From assembly GCF_009914755.1 (NCBI RefSeq), contig NC_060931.1: DNA of 64,000 bases; one strand, given 5' to 3'. How positions within the stretch are numbered: the first letter of the stretch is position 1; every line of letters starts with the position of its first letter. Below, one piece after another: positions 53,209-64,000 of this stretch. The position numbers and the translations under genes were made by a program. The notes beneath the pieces were generated by a model. The model was not told the DNA's origin. It searched no databases and was given only the letters and a program-made list of their open reading frames with translations. Origin of the DNA: the human T2T-CHM13v2.0 reference genome, Homo sapiens.

Positions 53209-54852
53209 AGTGGAAGACGGTGCTTTCACACTGGAGTTAACCCAGCAGCCCCAAAGGATGAAGCATTGTGAACTGGGAAAAGGGAGGCAGCGTAATGGTA
53301 AACTGAGGCATTCTAGAATGCTGGCAGCATTTGCTCTTACAGGCGATGTGTTAACTAAGGTCACTAGAGGTGAATCAATATTTGTTCTTTTTAATACATT
53401 TATATGTAAAAAGTGACAAGAACTGGTTGTGACCTTGTCCTGTCTCTCCATCACTGGCACACAAGAAGGCCCACCTATCACGATTCCTCACCTCAAACTA
53501 TCTGGCAGTTGCTGCTGGAACTGTAGGCATTACACTGCTGAGTGAAAAATAATTTTCTAAAGGAGTTGTCTTTTGTCCTATAGAAGGACAACAAATGCTA
53601 CAACTTGATTTTGAGGGTGAATCTAACTTTGGATAAAGTCACTTTTTCCTTTCCTAAACATTTCTAACAATTTTAACAACAGGTCATTTTTATACATAGT
53701 AGATTCTTCATAAATAATCCAGAGCCAGTAACCACATGCAGCCTGCAGGGGTCCAGAATCACTGATTGGATATACCAAGTGTTGACCGAAGCTGCCCTTT
53801 CTGAGACAGCCTGTCCTCCTTGGCCTGTGGACCTTTGTGACCCTGCAGTGGGGGTATAGTGAGGCCTTTCTTCTGGAGATGGAACGACAAGCTTCTAATC
53901 CCAGCTCTGTCACGTTCCTACTGGGCGACCTGGCAGGTACTCGACCTCTCTGACTTGAGGGGTAAGTGGAGTAATAATGGTGCCTACATCATAGGATTGT
54001 TGTAAGGACTGAATGAGAAAACCACTTCCTGCTGTATAGGAGAGCTGACTAAATGCTAGTCCCATTACTATTATTAGCATTCCAGCTATATATGAAGATA
54101 ATATCTACTTGACTTTTAGTATTTTGAAAATAAAAGTTATCAATAACAAACAAAAACCTTGTAAACTAGCTATGAATTGATTAGATATTCCCCTTTTAAG
54201 CTTAACACACTGGTTTCCCAGGACTATATACATAAATGGATATGAAATACAAAGAACAGAATAAAATGTGTGGTTTTCTTAAAACATTATGATTTTAGCA
54301 AATGAATATCTTTAAAATATAGTTTAATACATTATTGTTGTTTCTTTTTAAAAACCACTTATGATTTATATTTTTCTAAATTGTAAAAACTGACTTTAAA
54401 AATCATAATGCTTTGTTAATGAAAGTCACAAAAAATACATTGTGTAATGTATTCTACAGGATATGCACATTTCTTTAAGAATGCATGGAGTGAATGAAAA
54501 TAACATGGGGGTATGAACCACAGAGTGAACATGTACCACAAACAACTCTTGTTGAAATGTAAGTAAGCAGGGATTGTTCTCCATCTAGCGAGCAAATACG
54601 AATGCTCTCATGTTTCACATGAACATTTTTCTTTATTTTAGAAACTTCACTTTTTACTTGCATATTTTGTTAATATTCACATAAGTAAATATATACAGGC
54701 AGTAAAATTTGGTGTGATAAAAAATGTAGCATATGAATTGTACAAGTTCTTGTTCCATACAAATGTAATAATATCTGTATCAGTTGTCTAAGCTGACTGC
54801 AGGGTTCTGCTGGGTTGTAGGCCATTTTGAAATAAAGAATTGTGACTTTCTT

Positions 54853-55158
54853 TCTTTTCTTTTTTTTTTTTTTTTTGAGACGGAGTCTTACTCTGTCACC
54901 CAGGCTAGAGAGCAATGGCGCAATCTTGGCTCACCGCAACCTCTGCCTCCCGGGTTCAAGTGATTCTCCTGCCTCAGCCTCCTGAGTAGCTGGGATTACA
55001 GGCGCCCACCACCATGCCCAGCTAATTATTGTATTTTTAGTAGAGACGGGGTTTCATCATGTTGGCCAGGCTGGTCTCGAACTCCTGACCTCAGGTGATC
55101 CGCCTGCCTCGGCCTCCCTAAGTGCTAGGATTACAGGCGTGAGCTACCGCGCCCGGCC
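54853..55158 (-). mobile_element. AluSx-like element with 17-bp TSD AGAATTGTGACTTTCTT
   Basis: TSD at 54836-54852 and 55159-55175. Confidence 0.95.
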
Positions 55159-55531
55159 AGAATTGTGACTTTCTTATAAGTTCTTTCATCTTCAAAAGCA
55201 CTTAAAAAATTTCAGTTTAACACTGAGGGAAAGTTTATACATGTGATAAGAACAATTGAATTCTTTAAATAATATAAGTTAAAATCATATTTAAGTCTAT
55301 TTTTCTGATGGTTTTTGGTAATAATGTGGCTAGATGATTTGCTAAATTCCGTAATTCATTTGATATAAAGAACCAAAGACAAAAACCAAAACTCCCAACC
55401 CAACAGGGCCCCATAGAAAGACATTCATGCCCTACCCATAACACAGCTCCACCAGCCCCCATCTCCAGCTGGAGCACCTGGCGGCCTCCACCTCTGAGCG
55501 GGAGCCAGAACAGGTGTGGTGTGAGCCTCAC

Positions 55532-55684
55532 CTGGGCCTGTCTCAAACACATCCTCTGAACTCACAAAACCAGAGTCCCCCACAGCACCAACTCGAACTT
55601 TGTATGCTGTTCCTGGCATTAGACCCTTTAACCCAAAGAAGCTCCGAGAACCATTTACAATTTCTTTTCTCCATTCTTCTTTGC
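55532..55684 (-). CDS. NRCAM: NrCAM fifth FnIII domain, second half (153 nt; KEEWRKEIVNGSRSFFGLKGLMPGTAYKVRVGAVGDSGFVSSEDVFETGP)
   Basis: Acceptor TTTCCATAG| at 55685-55686 and donor CAG|GTGAG at 55530-55531. FnIII motif L.PGT.Y.VRV.A. Confidence 0.96.
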
Positions 55685-56887
55685 CTATGGAAATTTTGCA
55701 AAAACAACACATTTGAATATTTTAAGGGACCAGAAGTCACTTAATGCTTCAAGAAAGGAAAATTCTTTATAAGCTAAAGACAAGATGTAGGATGCTTAGG
55801 TTTACCATTTTAGATTATTATAAATGTAGTCATGTCAAACAAATCAATTAAAATGACCTACAGGAAAATATCCTCAAAGAAAAATAGACTGGGTATCTAG
55901 CTTGTTTATTAATTGTATATATTCCCATTGTATTAATTCTCCTCTTTAATACAAAGGAAGGTTCTTTATCTGCACCTTGCCTTATGAAACTGTTGAGTTT
56001 CTCTAAAGATGTTTCTCAAAAGAACTGATACACATTAATTAGCTTAAGTGAACTATGGGAAGAATTGTTTTTTTATGATTCACAAGATGAATCTTTTAGT
56101 AAACTTAAATGCCTTCCAACGTATCCAATTAATCGATTCAACCTTTCCCAAGTACCGGTTTTTCTAAAGGGATCGTCATTTCTAAAAACATTTACTTGCA
56201 TGATAAAGGCTTAAACAGAAAGTTGGACTCTGTTCAACATTTTGTCACAAACATTTATTGGCCACCTCATTTGTTCTATGTAAGCACACTGCACTTAGGA
56301 GGGGGGTACTGGCTTTTCATAAACTGCTGAAAGTGAAAGCTGCCCCATCTCCCAGTAGATGTGGCCAGGATCTACGAAGAGTGCCTGACTTGAGAATACA
56401 TCAAACGTTAAAACATAATGAATGCTCTCCCAAAGTATTAATTTTCTGCGGTTTCTTATAAAATTCTGTTGGGCTAGTCAGGGCAAAATGAATACTTTCA
56501 AGTCAGTTTGATTTCTGTTACTTCAAGATCCAATTTGAAAAAAAAACCTTTTCTTCTTTTCTATTGTACTTGCAAATATAATTATTCCTTCTTACTCTTG
56601 TTTATGTGTTGTGGGCACAGAACTAGTTTCAAGTACTATGATATGAAAATAACATACGTAATGGAACATATGCCCTCTGTTATTAATAACATAAAAAAGC
56701 AATTCCTAGTCGTGCATATAATATGTGGTAGGCTGATGGTTCACTATAATTTTTTTAGATAACTCATTCATTTAATTGGATCAAGTTATTTTTCAAGATG
56801 ATCCGTAGTAAATTCTTAAGAATGTTTTTAATCTTTTAAAAAATGCATCCCCCAAATTAAAAATCGGGTAATGAAATTGTTTCTTAC

Positions 56888-57013
56888 TGCCTGCTACACC
56901 ATATTCAACATAAAAGTTCACATGCTCTGGTCCCTCATATTCCCAACTGATATTGGCATAGGTCTCAGCAGCTGCAGCAGTAAGATTGCTGATCCTGGGA
57001 TTTACTGCTTGAA
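56888..57013 (-). CDS. NRCAM: NrCAM fifth FnIII domain, first half (126 nt; (V)QAVNPRISNLTAAAAETYANISWEYEGPEHVNFYVEYGVAG)
   Basis: Acceptor TGTTTAG| at 57014-57015 and donor A|GTAAG at 56886-56887. With the next exon it totals 279 nt = 93 aa, the known alternatively spliced FnIII-5 block. Confidence 0.96.
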
Positions 57014-58664
57014 CTAAACATACAATAGAAAAATAAAACAAACAATCATATTGCAACACCATACACACGAATATAAAATAAGTTTAAATACTCTGAAATT
57101 GTGCAAATAGAATTAAATAGAATTTACTGCTACAATTTAGGGTTCACTCATGCTTTGCTTTCATTACAGAAAGGTTTTTGTTTCTTAAATTCAGCACTAG
57201 GAAATTAATAATCAGAAATAATGACGCATAATATTAAAATTTGTGAGTTCTATTATATGGGTTCTGAACAATGTTAACTGTTGTCCATTAGATACAGTCC
57301 CGGGAAATGTCACCGTCTTCATTTACTAAAGTGTGATGGAGAGGGGGATTGCTGAACAATCCCAGGGACAGACGTCATCATGGAATGTCAGAGACGCCAA
57401 GGTAAAACCCAATACTATGTGGCTACTTTTCAAACCTATTTGTCATCTCAATGCAGGTCTTTAAAAAATCTGTGTTGGTGTGACAGAGAATGCCCCTTTG
57501 AACAGCGTTTTTGATCTGTTTTAAAAAACAGACTTCTTTGAGTATCACTGGGAAACTCAGGGACCCCAGGTAAGAAACCCCTGCTTTAGAGAATGATGGA
57601 TGGTAAGGGTATGTTGGAAGAGAAGCTGCAAAAGGAATTTCCAGATGTGTTCTATCAGAAGTTAAGAAAGAATAAATAAAAGGAGTAAAAACTATTTCAT
57701 GTAACATTTCCTAGAGAGCAAGACAATCTTACCTGTTAACTGTTTGTTACAAAGCATTTTCTGAAAAATCATAGTGCAACCTAAATAGCTTCTTAAAAAT
57801 CCAAATTATGGAGACCAGATGATGCTACATGTTTGCTACTGGGTAAAGACAACATCTAAAGTCATTAAAAAATGTTATTTGAATACCTGAGGCAGGCAAT
57901 TCTATCAGTCCTACCTCAATAGCTTAAACTAAAAATGAAACATTTACAGATGTGTTAATTTGGGTAGTTAAAAAAGAAGATCAATTTATTATCTCACATA
58001 AAATTTACTAGGATAGTCAATCAGACAGCATCAATAGGTTTACCAAGACACTAAAATTATATTCTAAGATATGTTTATAAAATGTAGACGCTAAAGACCT
58101 TTGTTCAAATAAATGTAATAAAATTACATTTCTTAGAATTAAGAAAAGAAAGATATTAAAGCAGTTAAATAATGCTTTTGACTTCTGAAATATAATTCAA
58201 CAACACATGCAAATTTTGTATCTCTTTGTGCTAAGCATGGGGAAACAGCAGAGGGCAAAACTGATTACTGAATTATGCAGAGTCCTTCTGTGGACCTAAT
58301 TAATTTTAGTTTTCCGAGATTTTCTTCTTATAGGTAAAATAATAGGAATATGATCAATCAATGACAGTAAATATGCACACATGTGTAAAACATCAATGGC
58401 AACCCAGGAAAAACATTAATTTTCTTAAAAAATTTTGGAATATTGAAACAGGAATTTAATCTTGGAGTAATATGGAAGATGTTCAAGGCAGAAACATAAT
58501 ACTTCTAACACAAGAGCATTTACTAACAGAAGAGCAAAATACTTCTAACGGAAAAGCATTTAGTTTCTTCTTATATTTTACATTGGTTTCTATGGGTGCT
58601 CCCTTCTCAGAGTTTCTTCTCTAAACTGTTCATTATTATTATTTTGTTTCTAGTTTTATTGAAA

Positions 58665-59605
58665 TGAAATCATTATCTCTACGAGTATCGACTCTCCTAA
58701 ATTCATTGCAGCATTATTCACAATAGTCAAGACATGAAAACAACCTAAATATCCATTGACAGATGAATGGATAAAGAAATTACCATATATATATATATTT
58801 ACACAATGGAATATTATTCCGACTTTAAAAAAAAAGGAAATCCTGCCATTTGCAACAACATGGATGAACCTGGAGGATACTATGCTAAGTAAAATAATCC
58901 AGACACAGAAAGGCAAATATTGCGTGATCTCACTTAAATGTGTGTGAAAGGAAAATAAATCTTTGGGCCCCAGAATCACTAAGCTAAAGGGAAAAGTCAA
59001 TCTGGGAACTGCTTAGGACAAACCTGCCTCCCATTCTTTTCAAAGTCATCCCTCTGCTCACTGAGATAAATGCGTATCTGATTGCCTCCTTCGGAGAGTC
59101 TCATCAGAAACTCAAAAAGAATGCAACCGTTTGTCTCTCACCTACCTATGACCTAGAAACTCCCTGCTTCGAGTTGTCCCTCCTTTCCAGACCAAACCAA
59201 TGTTCATCTCACATGTGTTGATTGATGTGTCATAACTCCCTAAAGTGTATAAAACCAAACTGTGCTCTGGCCACCTTGGGCACATGTCTTCAGGGTCTCC
59301 TGAGCTATGGGTATGTCACGGGCATATGTTCTCAACCTGGGCAAATAAACTTTCTAAATTAACTGAAACCTGTCTCAGATTTTCGGGGTTCACATGTGGA
59401 ATCTAAAAAAGTCGTACTTAGAGAACGAGTGTAGAATAGTGGTTGCCAGGGGCTAGAGGTGGGGTGGGGGTTGGGGAAATGGGAGATGTTGGTCAAAGGG
59501 TACAAACTTTCAGTTATAAGATGAACAAGTTCTAGAGATCTAATGTACAGCATTATATTACTAATTATAGTTAATAATAAAGTATTATACACTGGAAATT
59601 TGCAT
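58665..59605 (+). mobile_element. L1MA 3' fragment split by a MER4A-like LTR
   Basis: L1 text cacttaaatgtg|gaatctaaaaaag is rejoined across the LTR. Confidence 0.85.
58943..59394 (+). mobile_element. ERV1 solo LTR, MER4A-like (452 bp, TSD TGTG)
   Basis: Begins TGTGAAAGGAAAATAAATCTT and ends GGGTTCACA. TGTG at 58939-58942 and 59395-59398. Confidence 0.85.
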
Positions 59606-60888
59606 TTAGCTTATTCTTAAAGATACCCAGAAAAGATACCACAATTTCCTAAGGCATGCTGTTTAGCCACTTTTACCATAGGGAATTCGAACTCTCCTTC
59701 CTTTTAATCCCCACTCATCCACCTTCTCACTCACAGAGCACCTATGTTGTACCATACAAGGGAGCTGTAGTGTCCCCTTTCTCTGGGCTTTCCCAACGGG
59801 CTGCTTCCGGTGTGCCTCGCCCAACTGTAAGTCTTCCTCTGTAGATACCGCCAGTGTAGTTACCTACCTTTTAGCTGCTGAAACTACAACTTATCTAGCC
59901 ACTTCTCTGTTTAAAACTCTGCCTACAGGTAAATACAAATTCCTTAGCAAAGCATTCATGGCCCTTCAGAGCTGTTACCATCTGGCCCCGCCCACTGCTC
60001 CAGTCCCATCTCAGGGTCTTCTCTTTTCCACACACTCTCTACAAGTCAGCCTAAGTGGACCGCTTGGTATAACCCAGACATCCGGTATGTTTTCAAACGC
60101 CATGTGCTTATGACCCCTACCAAGACTTTACACACTGCAACTCCCTGACTCATCTGACAAAAATAAAACAAAAACTGGGCTTCAAGGCCCAGTTCAATAT
60201 TATTTTCTTTGTGAAGCTTTTCCTGATCCTGCTTGGCAAAAAAAATGGTTCACACCTCTATATTCAGATAACATTTTGCTCCAATTTCTAGTTTAGCATT
60301 AATTTATTACTCTTTCTATACGTTGGTCTTACCTGCCAGATTTCAAGCATGTCAAGGCCAGGGTTTGTCTTACTGTCTTTATACACAGCTTCTTAAACAA
60401 ACACGGGTGCATTTTATGTGCCAGAGAGACATTCACTGTTGAACTGATTGAAACTTCTATGCTTCTAGATGTCTTGTTTTGTTTTCGTATAGGCCAAAAA
60501 AGGAATTTTATTTTTTATTTACTGGTTCTTTAGTAAAATAATGTAGTGAGAGTCAGATCACAGAAGGGATTCACCACTAGCTGATCCTCAATGCTCTTCT
60601 CTGCTCACTCCTAATTGGTTGACCATAGTAGGCTGCAAGTTAGGTCAAGAATGCAGATTCCTGCTTTGCCAGTTAGTTTATCCCTGTTTCTGTATTCCAA
60701 CTAATTACCCTATAAAAGTATTTTGATGCTTGGTCCTCAGAGCGCCAGATTACATGCAATGGATATGGCATTGTGGATCATCAGCAATACTGGGAACATA
60801 AATCTTTTTGAGCCTGCACATTTTTGGTTCATTTCTATACATGCCTTCACAGTCTACTTCCTAGAATTCCAGACCCTGAAATCATTTA

Positions 60889-61208
60889 TTTATTTATTTA
60901 TTTATTTATGAAATGGAGTCTCGTTCTGTCGCCCAGGCTGGGGTGCAGTGGTGCAATCTTGGCTCAGTGCAGCCTCCAGCTCACTGCAGCCTCTGCCTCC
61001 TGGGTTAAAACAATTCTCCTGCCTCCGCCTCCCGGGCAGCTAGGACTACAGGTGTGTACTACCACGCCTGGCTAATTTTGGTATTTTTAGTAGAGATGGG
61101 GTTTCACCATGTTGGCCAGGCTGGTCTCGAATTCCTGACCTCAAGTGATCTGCCTGCCTCAGCTTCCCAAAGTGCTGGGATTACAGGCATGAGCCACCAC
61201 ACCCAGCC
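60889..61208 (-). mobile_element. AluS with (TATT)n tail and a short internal duplication
   Basis: Antisense Alu with TSD TCATTTA. Confidence 0.92.
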
Positions 61209-61596
61209 TCATTTAAAGAGACATAGAAATTGAAAAAATATGCCAATCAACTATAATTCCTACACAAATATTGAGAGCTTTAATCCAACAAAGAAAAGGA
61301 CAAAAATAAATGACTCAAAGGTCTCGCGTATGTAATTATCTTGAGGAGAATGGTAAGAAGAAGGGTTAGTATGGCATCATATAGTTAATTGAATTATCCT
61401 GGGTTTTCCTTCAGGTTTATAATCCTTTTGTAATTATACATTTGAAAACTTAGGTTTCATTAACATCTCTTAAAATCTGTAAGAAAGTTTAAAAATGTAA
61501 ACTCAGATGCATTTCTTTTCCCCTCTTTGACCAGAAATGAATTAAAACCACTTTTCATGAAATCATAATTCATAATAAAATCTTATGAGATGTTGA

Positions 61597-61895
<299 letters not shown>

Positions 61896-63931
61896 ATATT
61901 GATGCTTCTATAGCTAAGGATATCACATGTTTCCTCTTTATTCATCTCTTATTTATTCCCTATTGTCCTGATTTAAATAAAAATGTAAAAGATACATTTA
62001 AAAAATTAAAATTTGGGAGGATAGTGGAGAACTTCAATTTTTCTCCTGTCACAGAGCAGTTAAATTCCATATGGAGAAGGGAAATAGTGAAGAGGATAGA
62101 ATTCATTTTCAGATTGAAAAAAAGAAGTATTTTTAAGGAAGGAAAACCCAGGATCACAAATTATGCTTGAGCAGTTTAAAGTCTTACTGGCAAAATATCC
62201 TCTTATGTAAGCCATACTTAACTACTGCTATACTATTAAAATAAACCATATTAAAATTAAGGTCAGAGTTAGCTTTTTTCCCCCTTATTTAAACGCTATT
62301 CTTTTCTTATCTAAGATCCATCAGATTTTAATACTGGGGGCTTAATGAACTTTCAGACACTCCATTTTTGCTTGTCTCTCTAATCATAAGTAGCTCACAA
62401 TTCAAATTAGTAACATCAAATGGTAAAACCAAAACTCTTTAAATATAGAATTTAGTTTTAATTTATTAAAAACAGAGGGGTGATGTTTTTCCAGTGGAGT
62501 GCATATCTACTTCTAACGTGACAAGTCCACTGAGAATTCAGACTTGCTTCACAGACAGTCCTGCTGAAGCACAATTTCTCTGCTATCAGCTCTAGGCACA
62601 GCCACAGTGACATGTCCACTGCATAGGAAACAAGGCCAGGCTTTTAGTGAAATGCTCCAATTGAAGTTATAAAGCAATATATTATTGTAAAACTACTAAT
62701 GATTTTAATTGATATCTAATTATCATAGGAAGGAAGTATACAAATAAATAGAAGTAAGTTTACATCGCTCTGTGATATAGAAATTTTGAATTTTTACAAC
62801 TTCGTCAAGGCTAAAAACACAAATATAATACTCTTAAGATTACTGAAAATGGCTACAGTCCTTATTCAATAACTCCAAAATCTATCTGATCGATATTTTG
62901 TAATTTACCAAAGCTCTGAATATAAGCAAATTTCTAAGCAAATAGAATAAATCTATCAAGTCTAAGCTCACAGGAGTTGAATAACATAGGGCAAAGCACA
63001 TTTTTCTCTTGGTCTTCCTTTTCTTCATTCCTGTTTATACTCACCTGATGTGCGAAAGCCCCTGACCATGGGCATGCCACGTGAAAACAGTGCCCAGTGG
63101 CAGGTACTCCACTGCTCTCTAAAAAGCTGACTGGTCAACCAGCAGCCAGGGGTCAAAGACTGGGGCATCTTTGGCATTGCCACTAATGGAAGACATATTA
63201 CAACTTATTCAAGCACCATTCTCCCAACAAATCTTTCTGACCCAGAGAGCTGTCAGAAATAAAGGAGAACAAAATCCATTGTGGATTGTTGGCTATTACT
63301 CAGGAGGAAGAGACTTAGGCAGCTGGGTGAAGACAGGATGGGTGGGATAACACATTTGAGAAGAGCATATGGGTCACCTGGAAGACTCACTTGCAGGGGA
63401 CCCTAAGCTCGGGGAGACTTAGTCCCAAACCAGTTGGAGGGCATTGCTACGCTGTAATTCCAAATGGACGGTTTTGTGCAATGGCAGCCGAGTGTACACT
63501 GTGTCTACAAGGAGAGCAGCTAAATCAGAATAGAACAGGAAGCTTGGTTGATCTGATTTCTACCAGGCTGTTTTCATCACAGGGCTAATATTTCTGAACC
63601 CCAAATAATGTGGCATGGCCATATAGAGGATCTGTGACAAATACACAGTTTTGGTCCTGTCTGATCCAGCCAAAATCATAGTATTAGAAGCTAAGATTAG
63701 GATTTGTACCAGGGATAAGTCTCAAGAAAAAATTTTTTGAGAATTCAATATGTGGCTTTCTACTTGTAAAGAAAGGACTAGAAATTAATTTTAAAGCCAA
63801 GATTGGATGAGATCTTCTCTTCTTTTGGTGGTTCAAAGCATATTTTCTCTGTTTTACCCATGCTGCACTTCCCCATGTTTCACATTGCAAATTTCACACA
63901 TGTATAAAGTCATGCAGATGAATTATTTTAC

Positions 63932-63967
63932 CTTTGCCTGCACCTACATCAGGTGGAAGAATACCAG
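63932..63967 (-). CDS. NRCAM: NrCAM 36-nt alternative linker exon ((A)GILPPDVGAGK), absent from the ORF track
   Basis: Minus strand reads ttcattaaag|CTGGTATTCTTCCACCTGATGTAGGTGCAGGCAAAG|gtaaaa. Phase 1-1. Recognised NrCAM 12-aa insert between FnIII-4 and FnIII-5. Confidence 0.93.
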
Positions 63968-64000
63968 CTTTAATGAAGGGAAACAGAAATAGGACACTAT

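Larger units (their letters stand above)
51569..53734. repeat. Segment bounded by imperfect ~120-bp inverted repeats (51569-51690 / 53625-53734)
   Basis: Left arm tatttatgaagaatgcactatggatgaaaatgtcctgtt vs reverse complement of right arm tatttatgaagaatctactatgtataaaaatgacctgtt (34/39), then tgtttaggaa...gtgac.tta.ccaaagtt in both. Confidence 0.85.

Noticed and set aside
52930-53481. Longest ORF in the track (183 aa) and opposite-strand 101-aa ORF
   Set aside because: Non-ATG start for the 183-aa ORF, low-complexity core from (GGAGA)n/(GGAGCA)n, and no recognisable domain or splice support.

Overview
Human (primate) genomic DNA carrying two genes in tandem on the minus strand. The right part (about 35.8-64 kb) is the 3' end of NRCAM, an L1-family cell adhesion molecule. 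It holds a 36-nt linker exon, two exons of the fifth FnIII domain, the transmembrane exon, a cytoplasmic exon, a 12-nt RSLE microexon missed by the ORF track, the terminal exon (FIGQY and C-terminal SFV motifs) and a ~2.3-kb 3' UTR. The left part (1-18.5 kb) is the 5' end of LAMB4 (laminin beta-4): a probable promoter, a non-coding exon 1 and coding exons 2-4 (signal peptide and start of the LN domain). The rest is intronic or intergenic DNA rich in Alu (including a young AluYb8), L1, L2/MIR, solo LTRs (MER41A-, LTR47-, MER4A-, MLT1-like) and DNA-transposon relics. The most unusual structures are: (1) a ~2.17-kb NRCAM intronic segment bounded by ~120-bp imperfect inverted repeats and holding a ~32-copy G-rich 30/31-bp minisatellite; (2) a 40-bp templated copy fused to a tiny L1 insertion; (3) several strong candidate stop-containing exons in NRCAM; (4) candidate CTCF sites between the two genes. 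Gene and repeat identities come from recognition of known sequences, not database searches. I see no evidence for a wholly new biological system (no CRISPR array, no novel protein-coding gene).
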